A model generated the notes under the pieces. The model was not told the DNA's origin. It saw only the letters and a list, made by a program, of their open reading frames with translations, and did no database searches. Position numbers and translations under genes: made by a program. DNA of 64,000 nt from Malacoraja senta (lineage: Eukaryota), in assembly GCA_038087875.1 (NCBI GenBank), contig CM075978.1, positions 136,586,001-136,650,000 of the forward strand, given 5' to 3'. Shown one piece after another: positions 51,021 through 63,869 of the stretch. Positions within the stretch are counted from its first letter, which is position 1, and each line of letters starts with the position of its first letter.

Positions 51021-51959
51021 AACTTAGAATAGCTCTCTTAGTTGAACAATTGTGCACTTCTTCCTGTTTGGAGGTTGGAAGAGATGTAGACTAATACTGG
51101 AAAATTGCACTAATACTCACAATTCCTTTACAACAATCCCAAAAAATAAATCGGGGTTAAGTGGGAAAATGACAGGTCGGTGGAAAATAACAAAGAATTC
51201 ATAATTTCAATTGAAATAAAGGATATGATTAATTACCCAACTGGACATTCAATTTCTGACTTCAAATTTAAAAATGGTTGTCAATGGGTTAGGAACTACT
51301 GCCTAAGTTCTGATCTGTATTCGGCAAATGATATCACTTCAATGAAAACATTAGTAACCTCAATGTGTTTATTAATTCTGCAGTATTTAACAACGCAACT
51401 GGACTAGTTTAAACTGAACAATGTCTATCTGGCTGTAAAAAAAGAACAAGGCATGACAGGTCCTAGTTTAGAGGTGGCCATTTTCATGTGTTCAAATACT
51501 CAATTGCTGCATCAATTATTGATGGACTTTTCCACCAAAACAATAATTAGGTGCGGGCTTAAATTGTCTGGCAATGACAGCAAAATCTCTTCACCATAAA
51601 TAATTTTAAAGCTCATGGAAATTATTACTTTCTCCTGAACCCATAAAATAAAAATAAAGAAGCAAATTTACTCCTTGTTAACTAATATCATGCGAATATC
51701 CACATCCTCTGGCCTAATTATCCTGCACCCAAACAAACACATATACGCAGATACCCAAACTCACTCGCAGTCTGCTAAGTGGTTATCACACAACATTGGG
51801 ACCAATGGGTTTCATGGAGGAGAGAGATAACAATGGTTTTGACTATAATGTAACTGTTGACCATTAGGTCAAAATATACTTATCTCCAACAGTTCCCAAA
51901 TTGATACCCTGCTCAGAGGTTACTGGAGAAGGATCCTCTGCTGGCCAGCAGTTTTTTTT

Positions 51960-52280
51960 TGATTGAAAGATACATCACGGAACAGACCCTTAGGCCACCG
52001 AGTCCATGCCAACCATCGATCACCTGTTCACAGACTAGTTCTATGTTATCCCAATTTCTCGTCCACTCCCTACAGTGAAGCCAATTTTACAGAGCTCAAT
52101 TAACCTCCAAACCCGCCCGTCTTTGGAATGTGGAAGGAAACCAGAGCACCCCGAGGAAATCCACAGGGTCACAGGGGGAATGTACAAACTCCACATGGAC
52201 AGCACCCAAGATTAGGATCAAACGCTGGTCTCTGGTGCTTTGAGGCAACAGCTCTACCAGCTGTGCCATTGTGCAGCCCT
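51960..52280 (-). mobile_element. HE1/V-SINE-like SINE
   Basis: gtctttggaatgtggaaggaaaccagagcaccc...acaaactccacatggacagcacc. Confidence 0.82.
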
Positions 52281-52322
52281 GTAGGTGACGGGGAGAAAAG
52301 ATCATGGTTGTACTTGTAGCTG

Positions 52323-52404
52323 TTGGGGATGTAGGTGGGGTTGCAGGCGTTGGTGCTTGGGGATGTAGGTGGGGTTGTAGGCGTTGGTGCTTGGGGGTGT
52401 AGGT
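52323..52404. repeat. 34-bp G-rich minisatellite, about 2.4 copies
   Basis: Unit ttggggatgtaggtggggttgcaggcgttggtgc starts at 52323, 52357 and 52391. Confidence 0.9.
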
Positions 52405-53184
52405 TTGTAAACACGCCGTAGTACATCTGTACAGTCTGCAGAAACTCAAAAAATGGAATGAAGATATACGGGCATCTTTGAAAAGTGCAGCTTGGGACAA
52501 ATGCATGGAGTGTTACAACAAAGATTAAAAAGTACTCAATTTCCACACAAAAAGATCTTATCACTACTTATTAACAATCAGGCATTCACTGTAAGGCCAC
52601 ATCATGTCTATAGCACGAGTTGCAAAATAAACAGGGGAATAAACCAACACTATTTTAGGATCATTATCACCTTGAACACACTGGCTATATCACCTGAATG
52701 TTTGGTACAGTCGATGTACCTTATACATTGCAAGTATCGCTACATACCATGCAACATTGATCATCCACTTGATTACGGGAAACAGTAGTAGCACTGCCTC
52801 AGCTAAATAGAAATCTTTTTTTATTTTCTGGGAGTGGTAGGAATTTTTGTGTCCCGTGGAGAAGTCTTCCCAATTTCCTGACCCTGAGATCAGTGCCTTG
52901 TGTGCTGTCTGCAGCATAGGGATTGATCAATCTGATCCCACAGCACTGCTGATGTTGCTTGGGAGTGATCGTCCCAAGGGTAGGGCAGGGGGCAAGTGCT
53001 CGGAGGTGCCTCACTCCAGGGGTTTCTCCCTTCCTGTTGGCAGAGTGCCTCTGTCATCATGCTGCTCTAGGCCCACCATTCAGAGCGAGGGAATGGCAAA
53101 TATCCCCCTGGATGCTTCTACCCAGACAAGAAACCATGACCAGGGGAATTCTGCCATTTATTTCTCAAGTGGGTAAGAGTCATT

Positions 53185-53318
53185 GTCTATATCTCTCATT
53201 TCCCTTTTCCCTAACTAGTCTGAAGGAGGGTCTCGACCCGAAGCATCGCCCATCCTTTTTCCCCCAGATATGTTGCATGACCCATTGAGTTTCTCCCGCA
53301 CCTTGTATCTATCTTCAA
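53185..53318 (+). mobile_element. PLE terminal unit, degenerate hammerhead
   Basis: ctagtctgaaggagggtctcgacccgaagcatcgccc. Confidence 0.75.
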
Positions 53319-53817
53319 TATTTAATTTGTGGTGAGTAGTTCACCACTCTTTCATCAGGGAATTAAGTTTCATATCGCATCTGTTCATTTAAAAGTTTAA
53401 ATATGGAGTTTAATTTTGTTTTTTCAATGAAGGGTTTATTTTTTTCTTGCATTATTTTAGAATTCTGTAAGCCGAAGAGAATGAGCTGTACATCTGATTC
53501 TGGATCATTGGCCACATTGTCGTGCTATCTTCTACAGGAAAACATACAACAAATACTCTCTTACTGATTTGATTTGACTCCTTCCATTGGGAAGATCCTT
53601 CTCTTGACTGGGAAGCTTCCTCTATGAAGCCATACATCCTCCTCCATACTGGCACAGCATTTTATACTCTGTTCAATTTACAGAGCATCGGAAGAGGCCT
53701 AGTGGCATCCCAGTAGAGGCACAGACCATCTTAACCCCAGAACAAAGCAAATCTACTTCCACAGCACCAAGCAGGCACCAAAGTGAAAGTGCTGGCTGGG
53801 GAGTGAACTGAAGCCTT

Positions 53818-54189
53818 AGTCATAGAGTGATACAGTGTGGAAACAGGCCCTTCAGCCCAACTTGCCAACACCGGCCAACATGTCCCAGCTACACTAGTCC
53901 CACCTGCCATCATTTGGTCCATATCCCTCCAAACATGTCCTATACATGTACCTGTCTAACTTTCTTAAATGTTGGGATAGTCCCTGCCTCAACTACCTCC
54001 TCTGGCAGCTTGTTCCATACAGCCACCACCCTTTGTGTGAAAAAGTTACCCCTCAGATTCCTATTAAATCTTTTCCTCTTCACCTTAAACCTATGTCCTC
54101 TGGTCCTCGATTCACCAACTCTGGGCAAGAGACTCTGTGCATCTACCCGATCTATTCCTCTCATGATCTTATACACCTCTATAAGATCA
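53818..54189 (-). mobile_element. CR1 3' end
   Basis: YKIMRGIDRVDAQSLLPRVGESRTRGHRFKV...GNFFTQRVVAVWNKLPEEVVEAGTIPTFKK. Confidence 0.92.
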
Positions 54190-55878
54190 ATATGGAATCT
54201 TCATATAGAAGTTAATTGGGGTCAATAGCAGGCTTCAATCTCCCAGGGTTTGCAAGAGTATAAAGCTGACGTGAAGACCAGGTACTCAGGCAAATTTATA
54301 TTTCATGTGTAGTTTCCGAAAACGCTATATCTCACGGAACTTGATGGAAATCTTGTTAATTGGATGAGTATTTGTTGACCATATCATGGGATGTGCAATA
54401 ATTCCAGATTGGTGCTTGGAATAACGTTATTTGGAAGAACTGGCTTTAACGGGAGAAGGGACCGCTGGCGTAGAATGTTTGGGAGGGGATGGAAGGATAT
54501 GAATGATCTTGAAGATCTGCTGACATACAGCTGCAGCATGGGCAAGATTGGGGGCCTTAATCGTTCTCTGAATCCTGCCATTTACCTTGCTCTTGCACCT
54601 CAATATCTTATCCTCAACTAGCACCAGTGGCTGTCTCATTTACAAGCCAAATCATAGAACAAGAAGTGCACAACAGCAAATTCCAAGACACTCAAAAACC
54701 AGTCCATATAACATGTCCACACTGATCAAACAGTGCAACCTCAGTTCCAGGGAACTGATGGTTTACGCAAGCTGAGAAGTGAAAAGGGTGTCATCTGTTT
54801 TCCAGCATGTTTTCATCAGATAACGTAAACTACACATGGGATGCCCTCTCTTCCAGAATACCCAAATTATCAGCCAATAGCATTGGTGGTGACAGGAAGA
54901 GGTAGTAATGCAGGATGAAAGAATCAAGGCAACTGACATGAGACAGCGCACAGATTACGTGAGATGCTGTGATTAGTTGCATAGCAGCTGAAATGGGAAC
55001 AAACGGAAGCCCTTCTTGTATTCTCTGGTGTCTGGTTACAAAGCCAGCATGGAAATTATGCCCTGCATCAAGGGGAAACATGCACTTGTAGTAAACCCGA
55101 GAGTCCTGTTTTCCTGCTTTTCTGCATCCAGTGGGAAGAGGAACTACTTGGCTTTGGCAATGAGGGTTACCTGCAGCCTGCAGTGAATCCAAGTTTCTCA
55201 GGGCCACCTTTTGCTTCTAAGCTGTAGGTAACAAATTGTGTGAACTAGTGCTAGACTCCAGCTAGTGACTGAAAGGTATCAGAGCACTGTCGAGGTCTGC
55301 CCTACAAGTAAACTGGGGGAGGATGTTTTTATTCTTTAACGTCAAATGATTTTCTTTAAGACTTCCTCTGACCTGCTCTCCTGCTCTCTGCTGCCAAAGG
55401 CCACTCCAATATCATTTGCTGCTTATAGTCTTTCTGCCATAAAGACAAACTGAGCAAGATTCCCACTACGTGCAAACGCTCTAGGTCATACATTGTCACT
55501 CTGTTCCAATGTAGACAAGAATGGGCAGATGAGAACAGCTATAACTGTTCCTTTAAACAACATTGGTTTAAGAGCCCGTTCCAATTGCCACCACATACGA
55601 TTTGTTAACAGGTTTTACAGTGGCCAATTTCAACACTGAGAAGATGAAATTGGCACTTTAAATCTTGAAACAAATCATCGCTCCTAATTCAGGCCAGCAA
55701 TCTTGAACTACTAAAATGCACCTGATTCTAAATGATGTCAGCCACTTCTGCAGAACAATAAGCAAAGCAGATCGACATGTACACCTGGAGGTGTAGCATT
55801 CCTTTTACCTGGCCTTAAATTGAGATTGACTGCAATGGGATCCCAGTATTAATGACATATGCTATCTGTTGCAATGCT

Positions 55879-55911
55879 CAGAGAGAGAGAGAGAGAGAGA
55901 GTGAGAGAGAG
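55879..55911. repeat. (GA)n microsatellite
   Basis: Direct observation. Confidence 0.95.
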
Positions 55912-57260
55912 CTTGTGAGCAAAACCCATCATGTAGCCTTAAGATTATGGCCATGGCTCCATAAAACATCACAAGGTTTGCTTCCTAGCAGCAGGAAGGA
56001 GTGGTCCTGTGTGATTCATGCTTAAATAAAAAATAAAAATATTGAAATTATGGACCCGAAAATGCTTTAATATTGCTTCGGGTTTGAGGATGGTTGAAAC
56101 TCAGATTTTCAAATTTAAAAATTGTAAACGCAAGATGTCAGCATGTTAAAATGGTAGTTTGCATAATGTGACTGGGTTAATAGACAGCCTGACTTATTAT
56201 GACTTCAATCCCTGTAGATTAGTATTAAAACTGAAAGTAAACATGATTGTTTTATAAATAAAGCCAAAAGCACATTAGTAAAATTAATTTAGCAAAATTA
56301 GGCATGATGACAAAATTAGTTTAATCTAAAATTATGTGCCCAATATGATCAGTACCTTAAACTCTGCAGTAAAACACAAACATTAGACAGGTTCAACTGA
56401 TTCCAAGATTGGCTGCTTATGAAACGGTATATTTGATTCCACTAGCATCTCTCTCAATTTCTTTACCAGCCAATGTGGGCCACAGACTATAATAATGTCC
56501 ATAAATTACCTGGAGTGAGAGACATTTGTTACTGACTGCAGCCATCACCAATAGTCTTTTGCCAAGGCTTATTTTAAGATTTGTTATTGAGAGAACCCTG
56601 TGCTTTAATAAAATGAACTCTTGGTTAATATGAACTGAATCAGTCAGTCTCAATAGAGGTTCTTTGTGTAATGCCTCAAAAATGTGGGACAGTTATGAAG
56701 TGTAACTGCCAAAGCAATAACATGCTTTGCACTTCTACAGTACGGTCACATTTGTTCAGTACCTGCTTACCTTTTTAAGTTGTGGATGTCTTAATCACTT
56801 TAAATAACTTTATCCAACAACTTTGGGAATCACAGTATACAGTACATGTCTAGCAAACATGAAACATGGTGAAAGAGTTTACCGTTGCAAGATTGTGTAT
56901 GTGCCTTCACACACATGCTTTCAAAAAGAGAAACAGAGAGAAACAATGCAAGGCTTCTCTTGGGGGTTTCATGTGAGAAAACATTTGTGAGGTGCAAAAT
57001 AAAGCTTTCAATATTGACTGCAGAAATACACAGCTAAAACAAAATCAGAAAGGTTTACTGTGTAAATAAAATGCATATTCTGCAGGGAAGCATTTGGAAT
57101 GAGAAACAAGAGGGCAACTGTTAACTGTGTCTGGCACTTTTGCTTGGTGTACTATTTTGTTCACATACTGCTGAATAGTTACCCGTTTACTATAAAGAAA
57201 CTGCCTTGGCCAGAGACTGTCGTGCAGTGGTCTAGTGAAATTTGTGGACAACCTTTTAAA

Positions 57261-57363
57261 CCCTATCAGTCTGAAGAAGGGTTTCGGCCTGAAACGTTGC
57301 CTATTTCCTTCGCTCCATAGATGCTGCTGCACCCGCTGAGTTTCTCCAGCATTTTTGTGTACC
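57261..57363 (+). mobile_element. Young PLE terminal unit with hammerhead motif (core 57271-57298)
   Basis: Nearly identical to the terminus of the PLE at 25246-25350; flanked by accttttaaa / acctttttaaa. Confidence 0.88.
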
Positions 57364-59439
57364 TTTTTAAAAAACTGTGCAAAAATCTAATCTGAGAAAA
57401 AAGGGCAATACTGTATACTGCAAATGAGCTCTGTGGTAAAATGTTTCTGTCACATTCAGTTGTAACAGTTTTATACAAACATGTTAGAAGTATCAGTCAG
57501 CGTCTTTGTAGAATGTTGCTACTGCTCAGTACTTATAGAGAATACGGATTTCCATCTCATTGATTTCTATGCAATGTATAAAGTATCTAAAGTATGTGCA
57601 AAGGCAACTGAGACCAGGTATTTTTTAATCTCAATATTATAGAACTGTTGGGGACGACACATTGCTTTACAGGAGAATGGCATTAATGTGTCTCCCTCAC
57701 AGTTTCCCCATTGTAGTTTCAACGTATAGTTTCTATATGCCATGGCAGACACAAAGGCTTTCTGTCCAGAAGAGACCACTTTGCAGTTAAACACGGCAGA
57801 TCGGCGCAAAGATGTTAATTTCATGCAACTCACAACCAGCAGTCCATTTAAAGCACAACTGATCCTTACTCTGGGTTGAATATACTGTATGAAGCAAATG
57901 CAAGTAAAACTAATTTAACCTTTGAAAACTTATCTCCAGGGGGGGAAACAGTCAAAATCCCTTTATAAGATTTTTAAGCACTGCAATTATTGATGAGTAC
58001 TATATTACTTCAATTTTCTCTGATCAGAAAAGCAAAACCACCAGAGACTGGAGCAGCTGTCAAGTCATTTTCTGACTGGAATGAAGTAGTTTACAGTGGG
58101 TCTGTGTTGGTCTCCAAAGACCCAGTTAAGAAGCCTTTTTAAACTGCCTTAAAAAAGCCAACTCATACATTAATCAACTTCAGCCTCTGCCCATACTTGC
58201 TGCAATACATCAATTACTACACTTTTCTAATAAATTGCCATTGACGGTGACTGCCTTATTAAAGCCCACTAAAACGATACAATAAAAGTAAAAGGTTATT
58301 AATATTACCTTTCGATGCAGCTATCACCTTACCGAGAATTACAGCACAATCTGCTAACGGAATTCATACTGCATTGCAATTAACATCAGTAAAGCTAATT
58401 CTAACAACATCCAGCTTGCTAATTTTATACACTAATAATAAAAGACATTGCTATGCAAGATCAGCCTCTTTTATCATGCTTCCATGGCACACCAGAGATC
58501 TCCTGCCATTGTTCACATGAAAGACAATTATACCAAAGAACATCAAACCCAAAAATGACAATCTGCTAACCAGCACTGGGTATTGCTAGATTCATTTCTC
58601 CATTTTCTGAACCAATAGACAACAATTCTCTGTGGACGTGAGGGGAGGAAAGAAAGAAAAGAAATGCCCTCTGTTGATTTATGCTTCTCTCTTCTGCATT
58701 CATCAACTGACTGCTGCCATTTTCAGATCAACATTTTTGTAGCCCGAGGTTCAAATGCTGGACACGTTTGAAGAAATGCACCAATAATGATGGCCATATA
58801 TTTCCATATTTAAAAACAACGCTGCATGTTTGGAAAATGAACTGCAACAAACCACAGGGGAATCGTCGCTGCAACAGGTTGCAATACTAAAAGCTCAGCC
58901 CTGGAAGCTGCAATGGCACAGCTTTCCCCCCACCTACCAAACTAAACAAACACAGCAATGGGTAAAGCAGTCAGCTCAGCAAATAGAGTTCATTTTATTT
59001 TTGTGAAGATGGATAGGACTCTAAATGTTAAATCGCACAAAATATTTACAAACATAGAGTATTTCATCACGTTACCCATCACTCACTTCTGTTTCCACAA
59101 ACATACCCTACTCGAAGAAAAAGATAATTGGTCCAGAGTAGGTGTTGGCAAATAACCCTAAAGGTAGAAGTTGGTAACATACAAGCTCACTCAGTTCGAA
59201 CGGTGAAATCTGCAGGACTAAAGTATTGCATTATAAACTGTACCAAACTTGCTGTTAGAATCTTTTGACAAAAATTAGAACATTACATTTTCTTGATGCA
59301 AGTGAAATTTGGGTTGCATTTCCCTTACAAGGTCATCAATCCTCATTTGCTGCAGTTTCTGTGTAATCCCATCTTTTATGTTAGATGGCTGCTCATCAGT
59401 TAACCATAATCAAAATGTGTACCATGCATTGCAATATGA

Positions 59440-59730
59440 CATAGATAAACAGTACAGCACAGGAACAGGCCCTTTGGCCCACAATATCAGTGCTGAACAT
59501 AATGCTGACAAACTCTCACCTGCCTAATCCATAACCCTCCAGTTCCTGTATATGTGTCTATCCAAAAACTGTTTAAACGCCACTATTGTTTCTGCCCCCA
59601 TCACCATCCTTTGTGTAAAAAAACTTGCGGTGCAGATCTCCTTTAAACCTTGCCCCTCTTACCTTATAGCTTTGCCCTCAAGTGTTTGATATTTCCATCC
59701 TGGGTAAAAGGTTCTGTTGGTTTATCCTAT
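59440..59730 (-). mobile_element. CR1 3' end
   Basis: gtacagcacaggaacaggccctttggcccacaa...ctcctttaaaccttgccc; same family as 8745-9100. Confidence 0.75.
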
Positions 59731-59731
59731 A

Positions 59732-59998
59732 ATTTAGCTTAGTTTAATTTAGAGATACAGCATGGAAACAGGCCTTTCAGCCCACCGAGTCCAAGCCGAC
59801 CAGCAATTCCTGCACAGACACTATCCCACACACACTGGGGACAATTTACAATTATATCAAGACAATTAACCTACAAACCTGTATGTCTTTGGAGTGTGGG
59901 AAGAAACTGGAGCACCCAGAGAAAACCCACACAAGTCACGGAGTACAGCCTGGACCAAATCAAATAGCAACTCTACCCGCTGCACCACCATGCTGCCT
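59732..59998 (-). mobile_element. HE1/V-SINE-like SINE (internal deletion)
   Basis: tttagagatacagcatggaaacaggcc...gtctttggagtgtgggaagaaactggagcaccc...ctctacccgctgcaccac. Confidence 0.82.
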
Positions 59999-62194
59999 CT
60001 ATAATTTCTTTTGATTTTTTTTGCAAATTGGGATACTTAGAACTTTGCAAAATTAAGGAACATAACAAACCTATTTTCAGGATTTTCCATCTGCCTTATC
60101 AATACTACTTTGAGCCACACAGAAAAAAAACCCAGAAATAAATACTGGAAAAGGAGATTTAAAATAGATCCACATCGAGGCCATAACATTAATCCAGAGC
60201 AAATGTTTTTGTTGACCCAATCTATCTTCTTGTTGATGCTTTCAGCAAGACTTCATTTAATTTTCATTACAAGTGCTGGCATACTGTGTTATAATTCTGA
60301 AGTTGCAAATTAAAAGGTCAATTATTGAAACAGACCACAGAATAAAAGCCAATCATTTCCTAATTTCTTTAAGCATCGCAAGTTATAACAGTTAAACACT
60401 CTGAGAAATCTATATGGCAAAGATATTTATTAAATGTATTAAACTGATGGAAATACCCTGAAGTACAATCTTACTATGGGATATATCTGTACTGGCTTCC
60501 GGAGATGGAGAGGTGAGATATAAAGATTGCCTTTGCATATTCATTAAACGTTCCCCCACCACTCCACCCCCTCCCCCCACCCCACCCTCCACCCCACCCT
60601 CCATGTCAATTGAACATGATGCAACTCCAAAGTAGGCTATATCATGCTGTCTTTTTAAAGAATTACATTGACGCTCGATAGTTACTTGAGCAAGAGGAAA
60701 GTATGTACACAAGAATCACAACCACTGATTTCCTCTGTACCTACCACAAATTCTCAATAAGCAGAAATGCCTTACAAATGGTATAGAATGGCAGAATAAC
60801 CTGTGTTGACATACAGTGTAATAATATTTCTGAACACAAAAGAGTACAAATATGGATGAAAAACCATTTTGAGCAAGTATACAAAAATTTGAAGATTAGG
60901 TGTAGTATCCATTATGTGGGTAATTTTGACAGCTTTTTCATAGAGCACTGAAATTCTAATATTCTCAACACAAAAAATCATTTTGCCTCCTATATACTAA
61001 TATCTATAATAAGGCATGAAACCTAATACTGCTGCTGGAAATGTGGATGCTACATCTCATGTGCTATTACATCCTACACAAGAACCACAGAGCCCTTTAT
61101 TTTGGCTCCTTTCAGTGCTGTATTAAATGTTTCTTCTTCCCTAAAGCAACTGCTTATGAACCTCTGGGGAATCTCAATTTCATTTTTCGAAATATGAACT
61201 AGCGTTATTCTAATTTCTCTTCGTGCTGCGCAGCCATGGCCTTTACTTTAATACAAAAATAACCTTTACGATAAGAAAAAAATGCAGAATTTAACATCTC
61301 CGTGGACAAAATCTGATTGGCATTAGATGCCGTTCTGCGTTTTGAACAACCAAAATCCTGAAACCGAGCTTTCAGAGACTTTCCCCTCACCCCTAATAAT
61401 CCATCCGCTGAAAAAAAGGGGACTTACAATGGCTCTTGATTTATCAAACCACCTGCCATCAAATTAAATTTGTTCTGCACAAGCCTAACTGTATTAGTTT
61501 TCAAACAAGCCAAAGCAATCTTCAGGATATGTTTGTGCACAAAATTAGGTTGTGCGGATTTCAGTTAATTACAGTACCACAGAAAGGATAATGAAATCCA
61601 TCACCGTTTAGTACACTGTAACGCACAGCAAAAATGGAAACTGGAATGACAGAATAAAATGATTAATCCATTCTTTTCAGTGCAATTTTTAAGAAAAGCA
61701 TCTAAATGGTACTCTTTCAGGACTCCAAGAATATGTACACATAACATTTCCATTTTTCTTTTCACTGGTGTATAATGTTTGAATTTGATAGCATAGTCAT
61801 GTCTCTTTTAATTTTTAATGTTATTTTTCTTCTGGTAAATTAACTGCAACCTTCCATTGCTCTGCTGTATATGATTCTGGTACTGAGCGGTGTAGGTTGC
61901 CTGTTCCCAGGCATAGTCTATGATTATTGTCGTTGGTTCTCAGATTTATAATATTATTTTGTTTTAAAGTAAGGATGAGGTACATCCTTAGGTATCCAAA
62001 AGGGCAGCAACCTGTATTCTTCTTGAATAGCTGCAGTGTGTGTGCACATTGTCCTAGCAGAATGAGGCTGGTCAAAGAATGTCAGGATATTGCAGGATAA
62101 TGTCAGGATCAACAGTAACGCTAATCCAAATCACGCTGTCTAAAATTTAGATGAGAAGGTAGCATTTTCACAACATTATTGCTCCTGAAATTGG

Positions 62195-62342
62195 TAAGTT
62201 CTTAAGTCACAGGAGCAGAATTAGGCCATTCGGCCCATCAAGTCTACTCCTCCATTCAATCATGGCTGATCTATCTTCACCTCTCAACCCTATTCTCCGG
62301 CCTTCTCCCCATAACCCCCGACACCAGTACTAATCAAAATCT
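62195..62342 (-). mobile_element. CR1 3' end
   Basis: aggagcagaattaggccattcggcccatcaagtctactc; same family as 46385-46650. Confidence 0.8.
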
Positions 62343-63221
62343 CAGAGGTTGAAGATTCTACCTAGTTCTGCCTACCTCTGCATGCATCCACACCGGCCAG
62401 GTCTACTCTTTTGCTCAGACAAATGGAACAAACACACATTTTGGTCTCGATCGTTCAGAGCAGTAGCACACTGACATTGAACGCTGTGGTTCTAAGCCAG
62501 AAAATTGCATTGTTGAGCACTTCATTAAAGAAAACCTGTAATTGAGATTTGTGCTAACTCTCCAGCTGGTGTCTGTATGTAGTTATCTTAAATTTATAGA
62601 AACAAAAAAAATGGTTGTGCCTTTCTTTCCAGCCATGTCCTATGTTCATTTAAGGGCACTTCTCATTCTGCTGCTCAGTTTACACTGCTATTCGACAGAT
62701 GGCTACAGTTTTCACTTATTTGCCAGTAAATTACTTTTGCTCTTATAGTTGTTTAGATTTGTTGAGATTACGGCAAAACAAAAATTGGGTGTATTTGTTA
62801 AAGAGGAGGAGGTCGATTACCTTTGACGAAATACCAGGAAAGCAGTGAAGGAAAAATTATTCGATGTTCCCGAGAGCCATAAGCTAATAGACAAAACAAT
62901 TCACCAGAAAAAAAACTACGTAGAAGGACACAACTGGTTAAATTTGATGAGAAAGAATATTGAAATGATTATGACATCCCAATGGTGCACTTTAGACATA
63001 ACTTAAGCAAGAGTTACTGTAGTAGACCATAAATTTGGTCACCGCAGGGGAAAATTCAGGAAGTAGGAAATATAAAGGAAAAGATTGAGATTCAGAGGAG
63101 ATTTAACTAGTAATGGTGCGCATGCTGTCTTAACATCCAGAGATATGTGGCCCAAAGAAACAAGTGAGAACAATCAAAAAGGTAATATATTGCCACCCAG
63201 GGAGAAAGACAAGGGAAAAAA

Positions 63222-63315
63222 GAACTTACACTGATACAGTATCGTTCATGACCTCAGGACATCCCAAACTGTTTCACAGCCAATGATGTCCTTTACAAGT
63301 CTAGACACTGTTGAA
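63222..63315 (-). mobile_element. DeuSINE/SacSINE1-like 3' relic
   Basis: ttcatgacctcaggacatcccaaa...cacagccaatga...cactgttg resembles the L2-derived tail of shark DeuSINEs as I recall it. Confidence 0.45.
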
Positions 63316-63869
63316 CCTATTACACATTTCCAATTAATAACAATAGCAGATTGGGACTGAAATTTGAAAATACACCTTTAAACTCGAGATTCACAAAAAT
63401 ATTTACTTTTTTCATAAATAAAAATTGCTGCTGCTCAAAAGTTAGGACACATGCCATTTCAGTATTTTTGTTCTTCACAGTGCCAATTTTAAAGCCCCAA
63501 TGTGAAAATAACAATCACTGCCATACGTAAGAATGTGCCAAATAATAAGATGTTCTCTGCTTTTGTTACAAATCGAGCAAAGTAAAAGAGAACGACAAAA
63601 GAAACACAACACATTTCGAACGTGACACTAGTCTTGTGGTTCCAATTGTATTTCACTGTTTTAGATGTCAGTTCAAATTATTTGGAATTTCCTTTACGAA
63701 TTGCAATCAGACATTTTTGGTGTGGCTTGTAAACCTCGCCAAGCCGAGATGCACTGTTCCATGAAGGATGTCATTACACATGGGATAAATGTGAGGAAGC
63801 AGTTGGTGATATCAACTCCTGTGCATTTATACCTCACGCTGCCTCGGCAAGACCAGCAGCATAATCAAG

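Noticed and set aside
61427-61473. Possible 47-nt minus-strand exon (tgtgcag ... gtaagt)
   Set aside because: Weak polypyrimidine tract and unrecognised peptide; such matches are expected by chance
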